Positions 62,947 through 64,000 of a stretch of DNA of 64,000 nt are shown here, in pieces (position 1 is the first letter of the stretch; each line of letters starts with the position of its first letter). The notes below the pieces were generated by a model. It made no database searches. It was not told the origin of the DNA and saw only the letters and a program-made list of their open reading frames with translations. Position numbers and translations under genes: made by a program. This stretch comes from the human T2T-CHM13v2.0 reference genome, Homo sapiens, in NCBI RefSeq assembly GCF_009914755.1, contig NC_060934.1; one strand, written 5' to 3'.

Positions 62947-63707
62947 ACAGAAACACATATACTGTATTTGTCTCCTAGGCCCCCCATCCATTGCCTTCCT
63001 TTACTATCTTGCACCATTTGTCCATCCCTTTCACAAGCCTATAATTTTGCCAGAGAGCAGAAATTGTGTCTTCATCATGTTTGTTCTCCATTTCCCAGTC
63101 CTGTACTTCTGCAGCACCTGCCTAGCTATGTTTTACATAAAGAAAAAATTCAAGACAAGTATAGTCTCATATGAAACAAAATAATCAAACTACAGATTAA
63201 TTCAAGTTTCTTTTTGCACATTTTGTTAAAAAGAAAAGCTAACATATTTTAACTGGAAAATATCTGCCAATTTCTAAGTCAACACAGGGATCTAACTTTA
63301 AAAACCCCAAAGGTCTTCCTGAACATTTTTACACATATATGTATCCAGGAGTATACTTAAGGTTCCTGTCCCCATCTTGAGTGTTTTCGAGATTGGACTC
63401 TTCTTTCTATGCCTTGTATTGGTCAATATGTGTGTAGTAAGAAGCAGAGAACTCTGATTTTGAGCTGTCACTATCTTACCCACATCTTAAATCCATCATA
63501 AACTACGTTTCTTTCCTGAAGACCCAATGTGCAAAGAAGCATCATAAAACTACAGTATAAACATAGGAAATCTTAATGTTCACACTAATGGAAATAAGAG
63601 CTAAATGTTGAGAATTAGTGTTACAGAGAATCAGATGCCTATATTGTGTTCACCTCTCTAGGTTCTAAGGCCAGTAAGAATTAGATAGAGTGATAGATAA
63701 GCAACAA

Positions 63708-63900
63708 AATGTAGTGGTTAAGAAGGCAGGCAACCACTTAGGCAACTCACTAGACGAGTGATTTTATACAAATTATTTAAACTATCTAAGTCTTCCTTTT
63801 CTCAACTGTTAGTCTTAGAAGGCTTAAAATAGGCAACCTCTGTCCAGCATGTAGTATAGTACCTGTGCTACATAGTAAATGCTTAATGAATGAAAATAAT
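63708..63900 (+). mobile_element. MIR SINE
   Basis: 'gtagtggttaaga...' start and 'acatagtaaatgcttaatgaat' end. Confidence 0.65.
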
Positions 63901-64000
63901 GAAGAGAATATTAGAGACGTGTCCAGGCCACGCATCAACTGACAGACGCAACAAATGCCCACAGCTTCTTCAGGTGGCTAGGCAGAGTAACAGCTGCAGA

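Overview
AT-rich primate, most likely human, genomic DNA of intronic or intergenic character. I find no supportable protein-coding gene, tRNA, CRISPR array or CpG-island promoter. The supplied ORFs are chance ORFs, Alu translations or decayed L1 ORF2. The window holds about 18 Alus (J, S and Y types), many MIR and L2 relics, old L1s, an L3/CR1, MaLR/ERVL LTRs, DNA-transposon MITEs (MER3, MER2B, MER5) and microsatellites. Five structures stand out: (1) a polyadenylated, TSD-flanked retrocopy of the 28S rRNA 3' end that lacks an expansion-segment hairpin; (2) an Alu with a twin-priming-type 5' inversion nested in an AluJ; (3) two Alus inserted one after the other at the same nick; (4) an internally rearranged Alu; (5) an L3 split by a 3.8 kb L1M block. 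Several candidate splice-bounded exons and TF motif clusters are weak inference only. I do not see a new biological system. Repeat subfamily names come from recalled consensus sequences, and boundaries of old repeats are approximate.
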